A stretch of 64,000 nucleotides of DNA from a plasmid, in sequence record CP132319.1. One strand, written 5' to 3'. The position numbers and the translations under genes were made by a program. The notes under the pieces are model-generated. The model worked only from the letters and a program-made list of their open reading frames with translations, did no database searches and was not told the origin of the DNA. Below, piece by piece: positions 11,144 through 20,412 of this stretch; position 1 is the stretch's first letter, and each line of letters begins with the position of its first letter.

Positions 11144-11515
11144 CTAGCTGCACCACTTCATCAGCGTTTTCTTCGACGCCGTATTGGAGAAGTAGAAAGA
11201 GCGATCATCCTTCACCTCGATGCGGACCGTGTCGGGGTCACCGTCTGATTCATCAGAGCCAGCCTCGACCCATAGGACATCGAGAACATAGGAATTTCCC
11301 TCGTTTTTGACGGATAGAACCTTCCCGGCGGTCTTGTTGGCGCCAATCCCCTTGTCCTCGATATAGATAAACGCGGCGGCCGCGGCTTCGCAGCCACCTT
11401 CGACCGGTGCATATGCGCCGGTCAGCACAGGCAGGATCGAGCTTGGCGATTGGGACCATGCCGTTCCGGGGAGCAGCAGGCCGACCGCAGTCATGGTCGA
11501 GGCGATTTTCTTCAT
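11144..11515 (-). CDS. secreted T4SS-associated protein (signal peptide, 123 aa)
   Basis: MKKIASTMTAVGLLLPGTAWSQ signal peptide. Embedded between virB6 and virB8, so possibly an entry-exclusion or outer-membrane accessory protein. Confidence 0.5.
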   Translation of the reverse strand: MKKIASTMTAVGLLLPGTAWSQSPSSILPVLTGAYAPVEGGCEAAAAAFIYIEDKGIGANKTAGKVLSVKNEGNSYVLDVLWVEAGSDESDGDPDTVRIEVKDDRSFYFSNTASKKTLMKWCS

Positions 11516-11530
11516 GGAGAAGTTTCCCGC

Positions 11531-11767
11531 TCAGAATCCGAACATGCTGCCGACGCTTTGTGCATATCCGGCCAGCGTGTTGTAGAGGTCGATGCAATAT
11601 TCGGCGAACGGTTTGAAGAAGATGACGGCGCCGATGAAAAGCAGGACGCCGAGACCTCCGCCCTTCTTGGCCTCGGCGCGATCGTTGTCTGCCATCTCTT
11701 CGTTGAGACGGTTTTGCGCGTCCATGGCGGCGAAGCGCCGACGGTCATCTTGCCAAGGGTGATCCAC
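11531..11767 (-). CDS. small single-TM T4SS-associated protein (78 aa)
   Basis: Charged N-terminus then GGGLGVLLFIGAVIFF TM segment. Located immediately downstream of virB6. Confidence 0.45.
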   Translation of the reverse strand: MDHPWQDDRRRFAAMDAQNRLNEEMADNDRAEAKKGGGLGVLLFIGAVIFFKPFAEYCIDLYNTLAGYAQSVGSMFGF

Positions 11768-11784
11768 GGCTATTCTCCTTCGGA

Positions 11785-11797
11785 TAAATTATAGTTA
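11785..11797. promoter_or_regulatory. degenerate copy of the TAAACTATAGTTTA palindrome (TAAATTATAGTTA) between virB6 and the 78-aa gene
   Basis: Sequence comparison. Confidence 0.3.
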
Positions 11798-11822
11798 CCA
11801 AGAATGCGCATAAGAGACTACC

Positions 11823-12842
11823 CTAAAGTTGCCCATTCTTTTCGGTTTCTCGCTGGATTGCGCGGGCTCGAGCTGCCTGAACATCCGTCGATGTGCGGCG
11901 ACGACCAAGGCCGGCACGCAGGAGCCGAGCGCGTCCGCTGACCTGGCGTTCAGCATAGGCGACCGAACGCCGGCCGCCGATAAAGGCGGAATCGCCTTGC
12001 CCCAAAACACTGCCTCCAACGATGGATGCGGCGAAGGAGGGGATGAAGCGAAAAACGACGATCCCGAGCAGGCAGACGATCACGAACGGAGCGACATAGG
12101 AGAGCTTGCTTTCCGTAGCGGTATTGTTGGCCGTGTTGATCGCCAGTTCGATGAGTTGGTAGAGGAAGGCGAGGAACGCCATCATCAAGGTCTGCGTCAC
12201 CATCAGGTTGACCATCAACAAGAGCCAGCCGTCGGTAAAGCGGAAGGTCCAGCGGTAGAGCGCCAGGATGATGAACACCGGCGCCAGTGCCAGGGTGATG
12301 AACAGCATCAGCTTGGCGGCGAGAATCGCGGCCGCTGCGACGGCGATGAAGATCATCGCGACGACAAAGACGATCGCACCGATCAGAGCGCCGACATATT
12401 CGAAGGTGCCGGTCGCCACCTGCTCGTAAATCTTACCTGCGGTCTCAAAGACGGCGTCTAGGATCTTCACCACGCCCGTCGTGTCGCCCGTGCCGCCATC
12501 GAGCGCCCCACCCGAGCCAGCGATCGACTCGATGATCGTGTCGGAAATCAGATTGGGGACCTCCTGGACGAGCTTGTAGAGCGTGGCGGAAAATGCCCCC
12601 CAGTTCGTCGCCATATAGTAGATGAAGAATGCGCGGCCGAGCCGCCAGGCCGCCTCCGGCACGGAGAAACCGTCGCGGCCGGCGAGGATCATATAGCCCC
12701 ACCAGAGAACGTAAAGCGTCAGCATCGACCCGAACAGGACATTCACCTGTAGCGCGAGACCGTCATAGGCGTTCTTGATAAACGTCTCGCCGATGGCGTC
12801 GAGCTTGGAAAAAATGTCCGAGATGATCGTGGTCGCCGCCAT
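11823..12842 (-). CDS. virB6: T4SS inner-membrane protein VirB6/TrbL
   Basis: 339 aa polytopic membrane protein with VirB6-like hydrophobic core and a Gly/Arg-rich C-terminal tail. Confidence 0.8.
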   Translation of the reverse strand: MAATTIISDIFSKLDAIGETFIKNAYDGLALQVNVLFGSMLTLYVLWWGYMILAGRDGFSVPEAAWRLGRAFFIYYMATNWGAFSATLYKLVQEVPNLISDTIIESIAGSGGALDGGTGDTTGVVKILDAVFETAGKIYEQVATGTFEYVGALIGAIVFVVAMIFIAVAAAAILAAKLMLFITLALAPVFIILALYRWTFRFTDGWLLLMVNLMVTQTLMMAFLAFLYQLIELAINTANNTATESKLSYVAPFVIVCLLGIVVFRFIPSFAASIVGGSVLGQGDSAFIGGRRSVAYAERQVSGRARLLRAGLGRRRTSTDVQAARARAIQRETEKNGQL

Positions 12843-12846
12843 TCGC

Positions 12847-13020
12847 CTATTCCTTCAGGACGGGGGCGAAGACGTCGTTGACCGGCATGGCCGGACCGCA
12901 CAGGTCATCGGCCTCGGCATATCCCGAGATCGGCGGGCAGGGGGCCTTCTTCTCACCTTTCGTCTGGCAACCGACGAGCAGGGCGAGACCGGAAAGCATG
13001 ATGGCAACGGGCATTCTCAT
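12847..13020 (-). CDS. virB7: VirB7-like lipoprotein (57 aa)
   Basis: Not in the ORF track (<60 aa). Minus-strand ATG at 13018-13020 gives MRMPVAIMLSGLALLVGCQTKGEKKAPCPP... with lipobox LLVGC. Lies between virB5 and virB6. Confidence 0.6.
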   Translation of the reverse strand: MRMPVAIMLSGLALLVGCQTKGEKKAPCPPISGYAEADDLCGPAMPVNDVFAPVLKE

Positions 13021-13026
13021 GCGGCC

Positions 13027-13743
13027 TCACTTGAACGGGTTGACGTCTTTGTATTGCAGCATCTTGGCTGTCTCCGACTGCTGGGTCAGCCGCATCTGCA
13101 TTTCGGTGTTCAGAGCCGAGACCGCGCCGTTCGAGACGCCGATCAACTCGTTGATGGTGCGCGCCGTCTCCAGCTGCATGCGGGTGTTGGCGTCGACCGA
13201 ACCCTTCACATCTTCGGCCGAGCCGATCTGGCCGGTGGCCGACTGCAACGACTGCTCGCGCTGCGACACGCCTTTGGTTGCCTGCTGCGTCAGCGCCGAG
13301 AGCAGCGCCACCGTATTGACGGCGCCGGAAAAGGCATTGTTCATCGCCCCGGCATCCTCGCCTTCGACGATCGCCTTGACCTGTTTCACCAGCTGCAGGC
13401 CGTTGATCAGCGTCGCCGCGATATTCTGCGCGCCTGAGCCAAGTCCACCGAACGACAGCGTGCCGCCGTTCATAATCGAGCTGAATGACGGTGCGGCCGA
13501 GACCGACATGTTGCCGCCGAGGCCGGTCGAGGAAATCCCCATCGAGCCGTCGCGACTACCGGAGAGCGCGCCGAGGATCTCCTTGGTCTTTTCGAGGATG
13601 TTGGTGTTGGTCTTCATGATCTCGCCGGTGTTTTCCGCGTTCTTCCTGGCGATCGCGAGATTGGTGTTATCGATCACCGGTATGTCGGCGAGCGCCGGCG
13701 TCGAGAAGGCGAGGGCGGCGGAGACGATGAGCAGCTTGTTCAT
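13027..13743 (-). CDS. virB5: T4SS minor pilin/adhesin VirB5
   Basis: 238 aa, signal peptide ...ALADIPVIDNTN, alpha-helical VirB5/TraC-like body, C-terminal ...SETAKMLQYKDVNPFK. Confidence 0.75.
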   Translation of the reverse strand: MNKLLIVSAALAFSTPALADIPVIDNTNLAIARKNAENTGEIMKTNTNILEKTKEILGALSGSRDGSMGISSTGLGGNMSVSAAPSFSSIMNGGTLSFGGLGSGAQNIAATLINGLQLVKQVKAIVEGEDAGAMNNAFSGAVNTVALLSALTQQATKGVSQREQSLQSATGQIGSAEDVKGSVDANTRMQLETARTINELIGVSNGAVSALNTEMQMRLTQQSETAKMLQYKDVNPFK

Positions 13744-13753
13744 GGGAACCCCC

Positions 13754-14917
13754 TTAATCGGCCGCGTTGGCGGCGTTCTGGATGGATAGAAGATTGTTGC
13801 CGATCGAGCGGTCCGTACCGCCGGACGAGAGAATTTCTGTATCGGCGTCGGCGGCCGCGACCACCGCGCAGCGCGGCCAGTCCTCGCGCGGCACCTTCAT
13901 CTCTTCGAGGATGACCCGGTCGCAGCTGTAGGGATTGACCTTGGCGTCGGATTTGAGGGTCTTGGCCGTCTCGGACGTTTTCGACAGATTCATCTGCATG
14001 CGCGCCTGCAGCAGTTCGTTGAACAGGTTGCGGGCGGTGATCAAGTTGTTGAGCAGCTCGGCATTGACGGCGCGAGCCTGCGTGTTGTCGTCCCAGGCAT
14101 CCTGGTAGATCTCCGACGCGCCGACCGAGGCCGACAGCGCATCGATGCGACGGCCCGCCTCCTGGACGCGTGCGGTGCTTGCGTCGATCCCCGAAACGGC
14201 ACGGTCGACCGCGCCGGCCGCCGCTCTGTTGGAACTGCGGGTCGCTCCGGAACCGTAATCGACATAGGATTTATAGGACGGCGAGGAGATGTCCTCGATG
14301 TTCGAGCCGCCGGCGAATGAATTAAACCAGCCATGGTTCCGGCCGACCTTGCCGGCCCAATTCTTCTGCTCCGCCGCCGTCGAGCCGTTATACCAGGACG
14401 CGAGGCAGGCATAGTCGGTGCTGCCGCACTTGTTGACGCCCATGCCGAGGTATTTGACGCCGCCCTCGATATTCTCCTCGTTGATGTCTCGGTCGAAGCC
14501 CATGCCTTTGCCGGTCCGCTTCGTCAGCTGCATCACGCCCTTCACGCCGGTCGGCGAGCCCGAGCAGGTCGAGATGCCGGATTCCGCATGCGCAACGGCC
14601 AAAGCAAGGCCAACCGGAACATTGTACTTTTCCGCATAATGCTTGATCAATTCAACGTTCTTGGCATCCTCCTTCACCGCCTGCGCCGGCGAACGGTAGA
14701 GACGGCGGTTCTTTTCCTTCTGGGAGATGTTGCAGTTCGTCACCGTTTGCTCTTCGAGCTGGTCGGATTGTGTTTCGGTGTCCTGCTTGGAATGTCCTTC
14801 ATCCTCCGCCCGCTTTTCCTTCACATCGTCGTCGATGACCGGAATGTCGGCGAATGCCGCTGGCGCCGGTGCGGTGACGAGCGCGGCAGAAAGCAGGAGC
14901 AGGATCGTTCTACGCAT
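13754..14917 (-). CDS. VirB5-like protein with an embedded SLT lytic-transglycosylase domain
   Basis: Start at the internal ATG (MRRTILLLLSAALVTAPAPAAFADIPVIDDD, same post-signal ADIPVID motif as VirB5). The middle carries ...AHAESGISTCSGSPTGVKGVMQL (SLT catalytic Glu/ES motif). The C-terminus ARMQMNLSKTSETAKTLKSDAKVNPY parallels the VirB5 C-terminus EMQMRLTQQSETAKMLQYKDVNPF. Confidence 0.7.
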   Translation of the reverse strand: MRRTILLLLSAALVTAPAPAAFADIPVIDDDVKEKRAEDEGHSKQDTETQSDQLEEQTVTNCNISQKEKNRRLYRSPAQAVKEDAKNVELIKHYAEKYNVPVGLALAVAHAESGISTCSGSPTGVKGVMQLTKRTGKGMGFDRDINEENIEGGVKYLGMGVNKCGSTDYACLASWYNGSTAAEQKNWAGKVGRNHGWFNSFAGGSNIEDISSPSYKSYVDYGSGATRSSNRAAAGAVDRAVSGIDASTARVQEAGRRIDALSASVGASEIYQDAWDDNTQARAVNAELLNNLITARNLFNELLQARMQMNLSKTSETAKTLKSDAKVNPYSCDRVILEEMKVPREDWPRCAVVAAADADTEILSSGGTDRSIGNNLLSIQNAANAAD

Positions 14918-17321
14918 CGGCCGCCTCCGGAATGGTCCAGCCACAGAAATGAGGGAGCCACGCGGCCGGCTCGTCGCCATAGGTCTCGCGCAGCGTCTGG
15001 CACTCGCGCACCGTCTCCGGCCGCCCGGACAAGACCTTCACCAGGTCGGGCATCGCCGATAGATCGAGCCGCGCGATCACCGAGTCCTGGGCGTGCTTGA
15101 TGAGGAAGGTGCGGCTCGTCTTGTCTGCCTGCTTCACGAAGCGGAATTCCTTTTCCGACAGGCCGAACGCCTTGCGGTAGCTCTCCTCGTCGGCCGACGC
15201 ATTCGGGAAGAAGATGTTGGTCATCGTCTGTTCGATGATCGTGTTGCGCAGGTCGGAACGCACCACGTCGGCGGCCGACTGTGTGCCGAAGCCGACTATG
15301 CCGTTCATCTTGCGGATCGTCTTCAGCCAATCCTTGATGAAGCCGGAGAAGACCTCGTCATCGAGCAGGCGCCAGCCTTCGTCGAGGAAGATCATCGAGG
15401 GGCGGCCGTCGAGGATCTCCTGAATACGATGGAACATATAGAGGAGCGCCGCCGAGCGCGTGCGCTTGTCGGACAGGATCTCAGTCATGTCGAAGCCGAT
15501 CACCGAGCCGGCAAAATCCAGCCTGTCGGTCGGGTTGTTGAACAGCCAGCCCTTGTCGCCCGTCGTCCATTCCTTCAGCCGGTCGGCGAGATCGCCAATG
15601 CCGGATCGCATCCTGCCGCGAAGCGCTTCCGCCAGCATGTCGAGACGCCGCTGTGGTCGTTCGAAATCGGTGTAGATGCTGTCGACCGCATCGGAGATGA
15701 CCGCCATCTCCTCGGCATTCAGCACCCGGTCCGACGGTGTGACAAGATAAGAGACCAGCGTCTTGCCGAAGCTGCGGTTGGCGGGCGTGTCTTCAAGCTG
15801 CAGCGGCGCAAAGCCGGTCGGCTCGCCCGGCGAAAGTCGCTCATAACGCCCGCCCATAGCGCGCACGAAGATCTCGCCACCGCGATCCTTGTCGATGAAG
15901 ACGCAGCGCGGCCGCGGGTTAACGCGCATGCCCTGGGCGAGAAGGAAGGAAAGCGCCACCGTCTTGCCCGAGCCGGTCGGGCCGATGACGGTGAAGTTGC
16001 CGACATCTGCCTCATGGAAATTGAAGAAATAGGCGGTCTGGCTGGTAGTCTCCAGCAGCGAGATCGGCAGGCCCCAATGGACCTTTTGCGTCTGCCCGGA
16101 CGGAAAATTGTGCGCGGAGAAGAGGCCGGCGAAGTTGACCGACGAGATTAACCCCTGCCGGGCAATGTAGGAAAAGTTGGTCGGCAGTTGCGCCCACCAG
16201 GCCGCTTCCTGATTGAGGTCTTCGCGCACGGCGACCACACCCATGCGCGCCAGCTCCGCCGTGACGTCTGCGACGGCGCGGTTGAGCCGCGGCAGGTCGC
16301 GCTCAAGCACCGCCACCGTCATGTGATGTTTGCCGAACACCACTTCGCCCGAGGCCAGCCGGTCGCGCGCCGTTTCGATATCGTCTTCGACCGCCGTGCC
16401 GCCATCGTCGGAATTCGAAATTTGCCGGCTGATGGTGGCGATCGCCTCCGTGACCGTCGTCCGGTCCTCCGGGGCGAAGGAATGGGTGACGATGAACTCG
16501 TAGGGCAGGCGCAGCAGCCCATCGAGCTGGCCGGGCGTCGTCATCGGCGGATATTCCTTGATCGACACCATGGCGGCGACCTTGGAGGTCGCGCCATCCG
16601 CCGACCAGATTTCCGTGGCCTTGCGACCAAACATGATCCGGCCGGTCCCGACATAATCGGCGAGCGACATGCGGGGCAGGGGCATCGTCCGCTCGTCGCC
16701 GGCGGCGAGGATCTTGGCGAAGAACTCGGCCGGCTCGGAATAGAGGCCGCCATCGCGGCTGACGCAGGAAAGGATTTCCGGGCGGTAGGAGCGGAAATCG
16801 CCGACAATGCCCGAGACCATGTCCTTCAGGTCGCGCAGCGCCTCGCCGCGGGCTTCGACCTCGTTGTCGGCCATGCGGAAGACATCGAACATCCGGTCGA
16901 CCTTGCCGGCGCGGCCAGTCATCGGCCGGCGGATGACCGTCAGGTATAGTTCGTTGACGAACATCGTCCGGTGCTGCAGCCCATCCATGTAGCGGGCGTT
17001 CAGCTCATCTGCGAAGGGATTGTCGAATTCACCGTCAATTGCCGGCTTGATCTGCCGGCGGATGATCGTGGCATAGAGCGCAAAGCGTGACGATCCGAGG
17101 GAGCGGACCGTCATGTTGCGGTTGGCGAGGCGAGCATTGATCTCCGCCTGATCCATCGTTTGATAGGGCAGGCCAGAGAGACGGATGACCTGTAGCAGCA
17201 GGCCGGACTTGGTGACGATCGTCTCCTCGTCGACATGGCGCAGATAGGGGACGTGCGTGCCGATCCCCAGGTCGCGAGCGCGTTCCCGGCCGAACTTCAG
17301 GTCGTGATTGACGATGTTCAT
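14910..17321 (-). CDS. virB4: T4SS ATPase VirB4
   Basis: Start at internal ATG MNIVNHDLKF (ATGA overlap with the virB3 stop). CagE/TrbE/VirB4 domain with Walker A GPTGSGKT. Confidence 0.9.
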   Translation of the reverse strand: MNIVNHDLKFGRERARDLGIGTHVPYLRHVDEETIVTKSGLLLQVIRLSGLPYQTMDQAEINARLANRNMTVRSLGSSRFALYATIIRRQIKPAIDGEFDNPFADELNARYMDGLQHRTMFVNELYLTVIRRPMTGRAGKVDRMFDVFRMADNEVEARGEALRDLKDMVSGIVGDFRSYRPEILSCVSRDGGLYSEPAEFFAKILAAGDERTMPLPRMSLADYVGTGRIMFGRKATEIWSADGATSKVAAMVSIKEYPPMTTPGQLDGLLRLPYEFIVTHSFAPEDRTTVTEAIATISRQISNSDDGGTAVEDDIETARDRLASGEVVFGKHHMTVAVLERDLPRLNRAVADVTAELARMGVVAVREDLNQEAAWWAQLPTNFSYIARQGLISSVNFAGLFSAHNFPSGQTQKVHWGLPISLLETTSQTAYFFNFHEADVGNFTVIGPTGSGKTVALSFLLAQGMRVNPRPRCVFIDKDRGGEIFVRAMGGRYERLSPGEPTGFAPLQLEDTPANRSFGKTLVSYLVTPSDRVLNAEEMAVISDAVDSIYTDFERPQRRLDMLAEALRGRMRSGIGDLADRLKEWTTGDKGWLFNNPTDRLDFAGSVIGFDMTEILSDKRTRSAALLYMFHRIQEILDGRPSMIFLDEGWRLLDDEVFSGFIKDWLKTIRKMNGIVGFGTQSAADVVRSDLRNTIIEQTMTNIFFPNASADEESYRKAFGLSEKEFRFVKQADKTSRTFLIKHAQDSVIARLDLSAMPDLVKVLSGRPETVRECQTLRETYGDEPAAWLPHFCGWTIPEAADA

Positions 17322-17617
17322 GGGGCGTAGCTCCCCGCTTTCCAGAAGCGCCGGTTGCGGATCGCCCGCCGCATCGACAGGAACACCTGCGCCACGCGGA
17401 CGATGTGGATGTCCCGCTGGCACAGGTACAGGGCGATGAAATGGACGGGCAGGACGATCAGCGGCGCCAGGAAATTCGACGACGCGATGAAGACGACGAT
17501 CCCGAAAATGCCGTTCACCACGAACACGATGATGTCGACCCCGAAATACATCGGCGGCTTGGTCAGCGGCTGGATGAGAGGTTCGACATCGGGAGCGTCG
17601 TCACGCATGTCAGACAC
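17318..17617 (-). CDS. virB3: T4SS protein VirB3
   Basis: 99 aa, two TM helices, VirB3-like. Confidence 0.8.
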   Translation of the reverse strand: MSDMRDDAPDVEPLIQPLTKPPMYFGVDIIVFVVNGIFGIVVFIASSNFLAPLIVLPVHFIALYLCQRDIHIVRVAQVFLSMRRAIRNRRFWKAGSYAP

Positions 17618-17933
17618 CCCCGGCCGCCTTCATGGCGTCGACCAGTTCGGCGGCGCCGAAGATGATCGCGATGCCGATGACGATGGAGATCGCGCCCTGC
17701 CAGGCCATGCGTCCGGTCAGGAACAGGAAGCCGAGGAAGCAGACGGCGATGATCGCGAGCGACCGGGCGACGCTGCCCTGCAGGACGCCGGTGAACCATT
17801 CGAGGATGCCTTCGACCGGCGCGGCCGATTGCGCATAGGCCAATTCCGGGACCAGCGCGATGGAAGTCGCAAGGACCGCCAGCGACAGGAGGGCCTTGCC
17901 GGGGAGGCGCGGCGTCATCGTGGAAATGCTCAT
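17610..17933 (-). CDS. virB2: T4SS pilin VirB2
   Basis: 107 aa, long signal peptide then two hydrophobic helices (TrbC/VirB2 pilin architecture). Confidence 0.75.
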   Translation of the reverse strand: MSISTMTPRLPGKALLSLAVLATSIALVPELAYAQSAAPVEGILEWFTGVLQGSVARSLAIIAVCFLGFLFLTGRMAWQGAISIVIGIAIIFGAAELVDAMKAAGGV

Positions 17934-17981
17934 TCGAAAGTCCTTCTGATCTTGGGAGGTTGAGGTTGGAGGGAACCAGCG

Positions 17982-18542
17982 CTAGTCGGCGGTCCAGACG
18001 TGTTGGTCGCGCCAGGGGGAGGGCGCGAGCGCAACCGTCTCCGTGCGGGCGTCGTTATTCCCGCGGCGCTTTTCCTCGGCCGCCGACGCCTTGGCGTTCA
18101 GCGTCCAGCGGTTCATCACCTTGACGATGTACTGGGCTGTCTCGTTGAACTCAGGGATGCCGCCCTTCTGGTAGACGCGCTCCGGTCCGGCGTTGTAGGC
18201 GGCCAGCATCAGCAGGGGATCGTCGAACTCGCCGTAGAGCTTCTTGAGGTAGCGAACGCCGGCGCGGATGTTCGATTCCGGATCGCAGCGGTCGGTCACG
18301 CCATAGTCGGAGGCGGTCTCGGGCATCAGCTGCATGATGCCGATGGCGCCGGCATCGGAGACCTGGTGCCTGCCGCCGGCGCTCTCGACATCAACCACCG
18401 CGAGCGCCAGATCGGGGTCCAGTTCTTCCTCGGTGGCGATGGTCCGAACCAGTTCCATTACGCGCTCGCTATCGACAGATTCGCACGCTTGCGCGGTCAT
18501 AGCCGACGTCGAGAGGAGGAGAAAAATCAGGGTGGTTTTCAA
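17982..18542 (-). CDS. virB1: lytic transglycosylase VirB1
   Basis: 186 aa, signal peptide, SLT motif ...VESAGG...AIGIMQLMPETA... Confidence 0.8.
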   Translation of the reverse strand: MKTTLIFLLLSTSAMTAQACESVDSERVMELVRTIATEEELDPDLALAVVDVESAGGRHQVSDAGAIGIMQLMPETASDYGVTDRCDPESNIRAGVRYLKKLYGEFDDPLLMLAAYNAGPERVYQKGGIPEFNETAQYIVKVMNRWTLNAKASAAEEKRRGNNDARTETVALAPSPWRDQHVWTAD

Positions 18543-18572
18543 ATCGTTTATCCGGGTTGTCGCATCGAGTAA

Positions 18573-18586
18573 TAAACTATAGTTAA
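18573..18586. promoter_or_regulatory. TAAACTATAGTTAA palindromic operator-like motif in the virB1 promoter region
   Basis: 13/14 match to the perfect palindrome TAAACTATAGTTTA found at 51276-51289. Lies 30-45 bp upstream of the virB1 start. Confidence 0.45.
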
Positions 18587-18630
18587 TTCCTATGGGATTC
18601 CCCTGTCAATTCGGAAATGGCATGGCTGCT

Positions 18631-19251
18631 ATGCGACAACAACTCAAAGTAATCGGGTTCGCCCTCATATCCCTGGCGGGAGACGCCACCGCAGTCACCA
18701 TGGCGCAGGGCGAAAATCCCTACGGCGAGCCGCCTCCGGGATACCTCCGCCAATTTGTGGAGCAGGGGGCGAAGGCATTCGTGCTGGAGCGTTTCGACGC
18801 CGAGGGAAACCTGGTGGCCAGGTCGGTTGAGAAGCTGAATGAGAGCGTCGAGATCGACGGCCCGGTCGAGCGAAGTATCGCGGGGCAAAGAATCAGTTTG
18901 CGTGGGCTGACCGCCTGCCCAACCGAAAACGTCGTTTATAATCGCGTACAGACATGGCGTTGCACCGACGCGGCGCGCGACTACGCCGAGACGGTCTATA
19001 ACAGGCGTGCCAAGGTCATTCTCTGCAAGACCCTGGTGCTGACCCCGGCTGAAAACGAGGCGATCCCTGCGTCATGCTTCGTCCTCGTTGGTGGCGACGG
19101 GGAGCCCTTCAAGACGGTCAATGACGACGACAGCATGGTGTTTCTCGGACTGGCGTCCATTGGACGAACACAGGATGGGCGCAGCCGTAGGCCTGACCTC
19201 GAAGCGTCGCAATCTCTCTCACGATCGATGGGGTTCCAGAATGCGGACTGA
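18631..19251 (+). CDS. secreted thermonuclease-like (SNase-fold) protein, paralogue 1
   Basis: Signal peptide MRQQLKVIGFALISLAGDATA. Cys pattern and segment order parallel to the downstream paralogue. Start position uncertain (18622/18631). Confidence 0.5.
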   Translation: MRQQLKVIGFALISLAGDATAVTMAQGENPYGEPPPGYLRQFVEQGAKAFVLERFDAEGNLVARSVEKLNESVEIDGPVERSIAGQRISLRGLTACPTENVVYNRVQTWRCTDAARDYAETVYNRRAKVILCKTLVLTPAENEAIPASCFVLVGGDGEPFKTVNDDDSMVFLGLASIGRTQDGRSRRPDLEASQSLSRSMGFQNAD

Positions 19252-19750
19252 GTTTTCGATGGCCATCGCCATGCTGGTCGCGTTCGCAGCCGTTGCGCAG
19301 GACAAGACCATCTCATTTCCGTCTAACGTAAGCTTTGAGACGGGCGATACCTGGGCTTACGAAGGCCGGAAATACAGGGTTTTCGGGGTTCAGTCATGTC
19401 TGCGCGGCACGACTTTTCGTTCCTCTGATGGTGACGAGGTCGACTGCGGGATGCGTTCGATCGCATCGATAGCAGCGCTGTTCTCGACGGGTTCGATCGG
19501 TTGTCAGCCTGTCGGCAACGCCAAGGATGGCGCCACGTTCGTCGTCTGCGCAGCCGAGATCGATGAGATGACGGTCGATGTCGGAACGGCGCTCATATCG
19601 TCGGGCGGGGCATTTGCGGCCGTGTTCCCTTCTGGCGCGCCGGTATCGGCATCCTACGCGATCGCGGAGAAAGCCGCCAAAGACAGCCGCGCCGGCCTAT
19701 GGGCGGGGCGCTTCGTTCATCCCGTCTCCCTGCTTCTGGGCGAGCAATGA
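19241..19750 (+). CDS. nuc: secreted thermonuclease/SNase-like nuclease (plasmid nuc-type)
   Basis: Signal peptide MRTEFSMAIAMLVAFAAVAQ. C-terminal ...YAIAEKAAKDSRAGLWAG typical of staphylococcal-nuclease homologues. Confidence 0.65.
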   Translation: MRTEFSMAIAMLVAFAAVAQDKTISFPSNVSFETGDTWAYEGRKYRVFGVQSCLRGTTFRSSDGDEVDCGMRSIASIAALFSTGSIGCQPVGNAKDGATFVVCAAEIDEMTVDVGTALISSGGAFAAVFPSGAPVSASYAIAEKAAKDSRAGLWAGRFVHPVSLLLGEQ

Positions 19751-19957
19751 CCAGACCTCCGAAAGATCGATGTGAAGGCATTCCGTAATCATGGCGACTT
19801 CCCGCAGGGTCATGAGCTGCCATGCGCCTTCCTGCAGAAGCTCCAATCGCTCTTCAGCAATGCCGGTCAGTTCGGCAAATTCATGAGGTTTGGTGTCGCG
19901 GCGCCTTAATTCGTCTGCGAGGAATTGCACAAGCTCTACAGCACTTTCACTGGCCAT
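19697..19957 (-). CDS. XRE-family HTH transcriptional regulator (86 aa)
   Basis: HTH segment ...HEFAELTGIAEERLELLQEG.... Confidence 0.55.
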   Translation of the reverse strand: MASESAVELVQFLADELRRRDTKPHEFAELTGIAEERLELLQEGAWQLMTLREVAMITECLHIDLSEVWSLLAQKQGDGMNEAPRP

Positions 19958-20170
19958 TTGCGGTCATCCTTTCCGGTCACCGGCACGACGGTTTCGCGTC
20001 GTTGTGGTGCGGGTTTGCTTTGCCTGCATGCGCGCTCGCCAGTGCGAAGTCGGGCAAGGCGATGTCGGAACGGACGGGTGTGATTCCCCCGGCCGAATGT
20101 CTCGCTCAACCTTTCCACGAGTGAAAAGCGGCGTTTTCGCGGCAGCCGCTGATTATGTTTGTCCGGCGAG

Positions 20171-20185
20171 TAAATTATAATTAAC
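20171..20185. promoter_or_regulatory. degenerate copy (TAAATTATAATTAAC) of the TAAACTATAGTTTA motif
   Basis: Sequence comparison. Lies in the 450-bp intergenic region 19958-20412. Confidence 0.3.
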
Positions 20186-20244
20186 TTGGTGACTCGCCTT
20201 GTGGGCGAATGAGCCAGGGAGGTTTCATGCCGTAGACAAAATAA

Positions 20245-20267
20245 AACCCGCCTCGGAGAGACGGGTT
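20245..20267 (-). terminator. hairpin (10-bp stem, 1 mismatch, loop GGA) followed on the minus strand by a T-rich tail (TTTTATTTTGT)
   Basis: AACCCGCCTC-GGA-GAGACGGGTT. No annotated minus-strand gene ends here. Confidence 0.4.
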
Positions 20268-20412
20268 CAGTGACACACGGAGATGTGCGCAAAAGTCTTA
20301 TAGCCAATGATTTTTTCGCACATTGATGAGGCCGCTGCAAGTTAATTCTTGCCACGAATACGTGCGTCCTGCGTCCTGGATTTCTCTCCGCTGACCACAA
20401 CGAGGAGAGAAA

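Noticed and set aside
15093-16151. 352-aa plus-strand ORF antisense to virB4 (also 8489-9514, 9538-10323, 12878-13789 antisense to virB10/B9/B5-B6)
   Set aside because: Same reason: long stop-free antisense frames caused by GC bias. No motifs.
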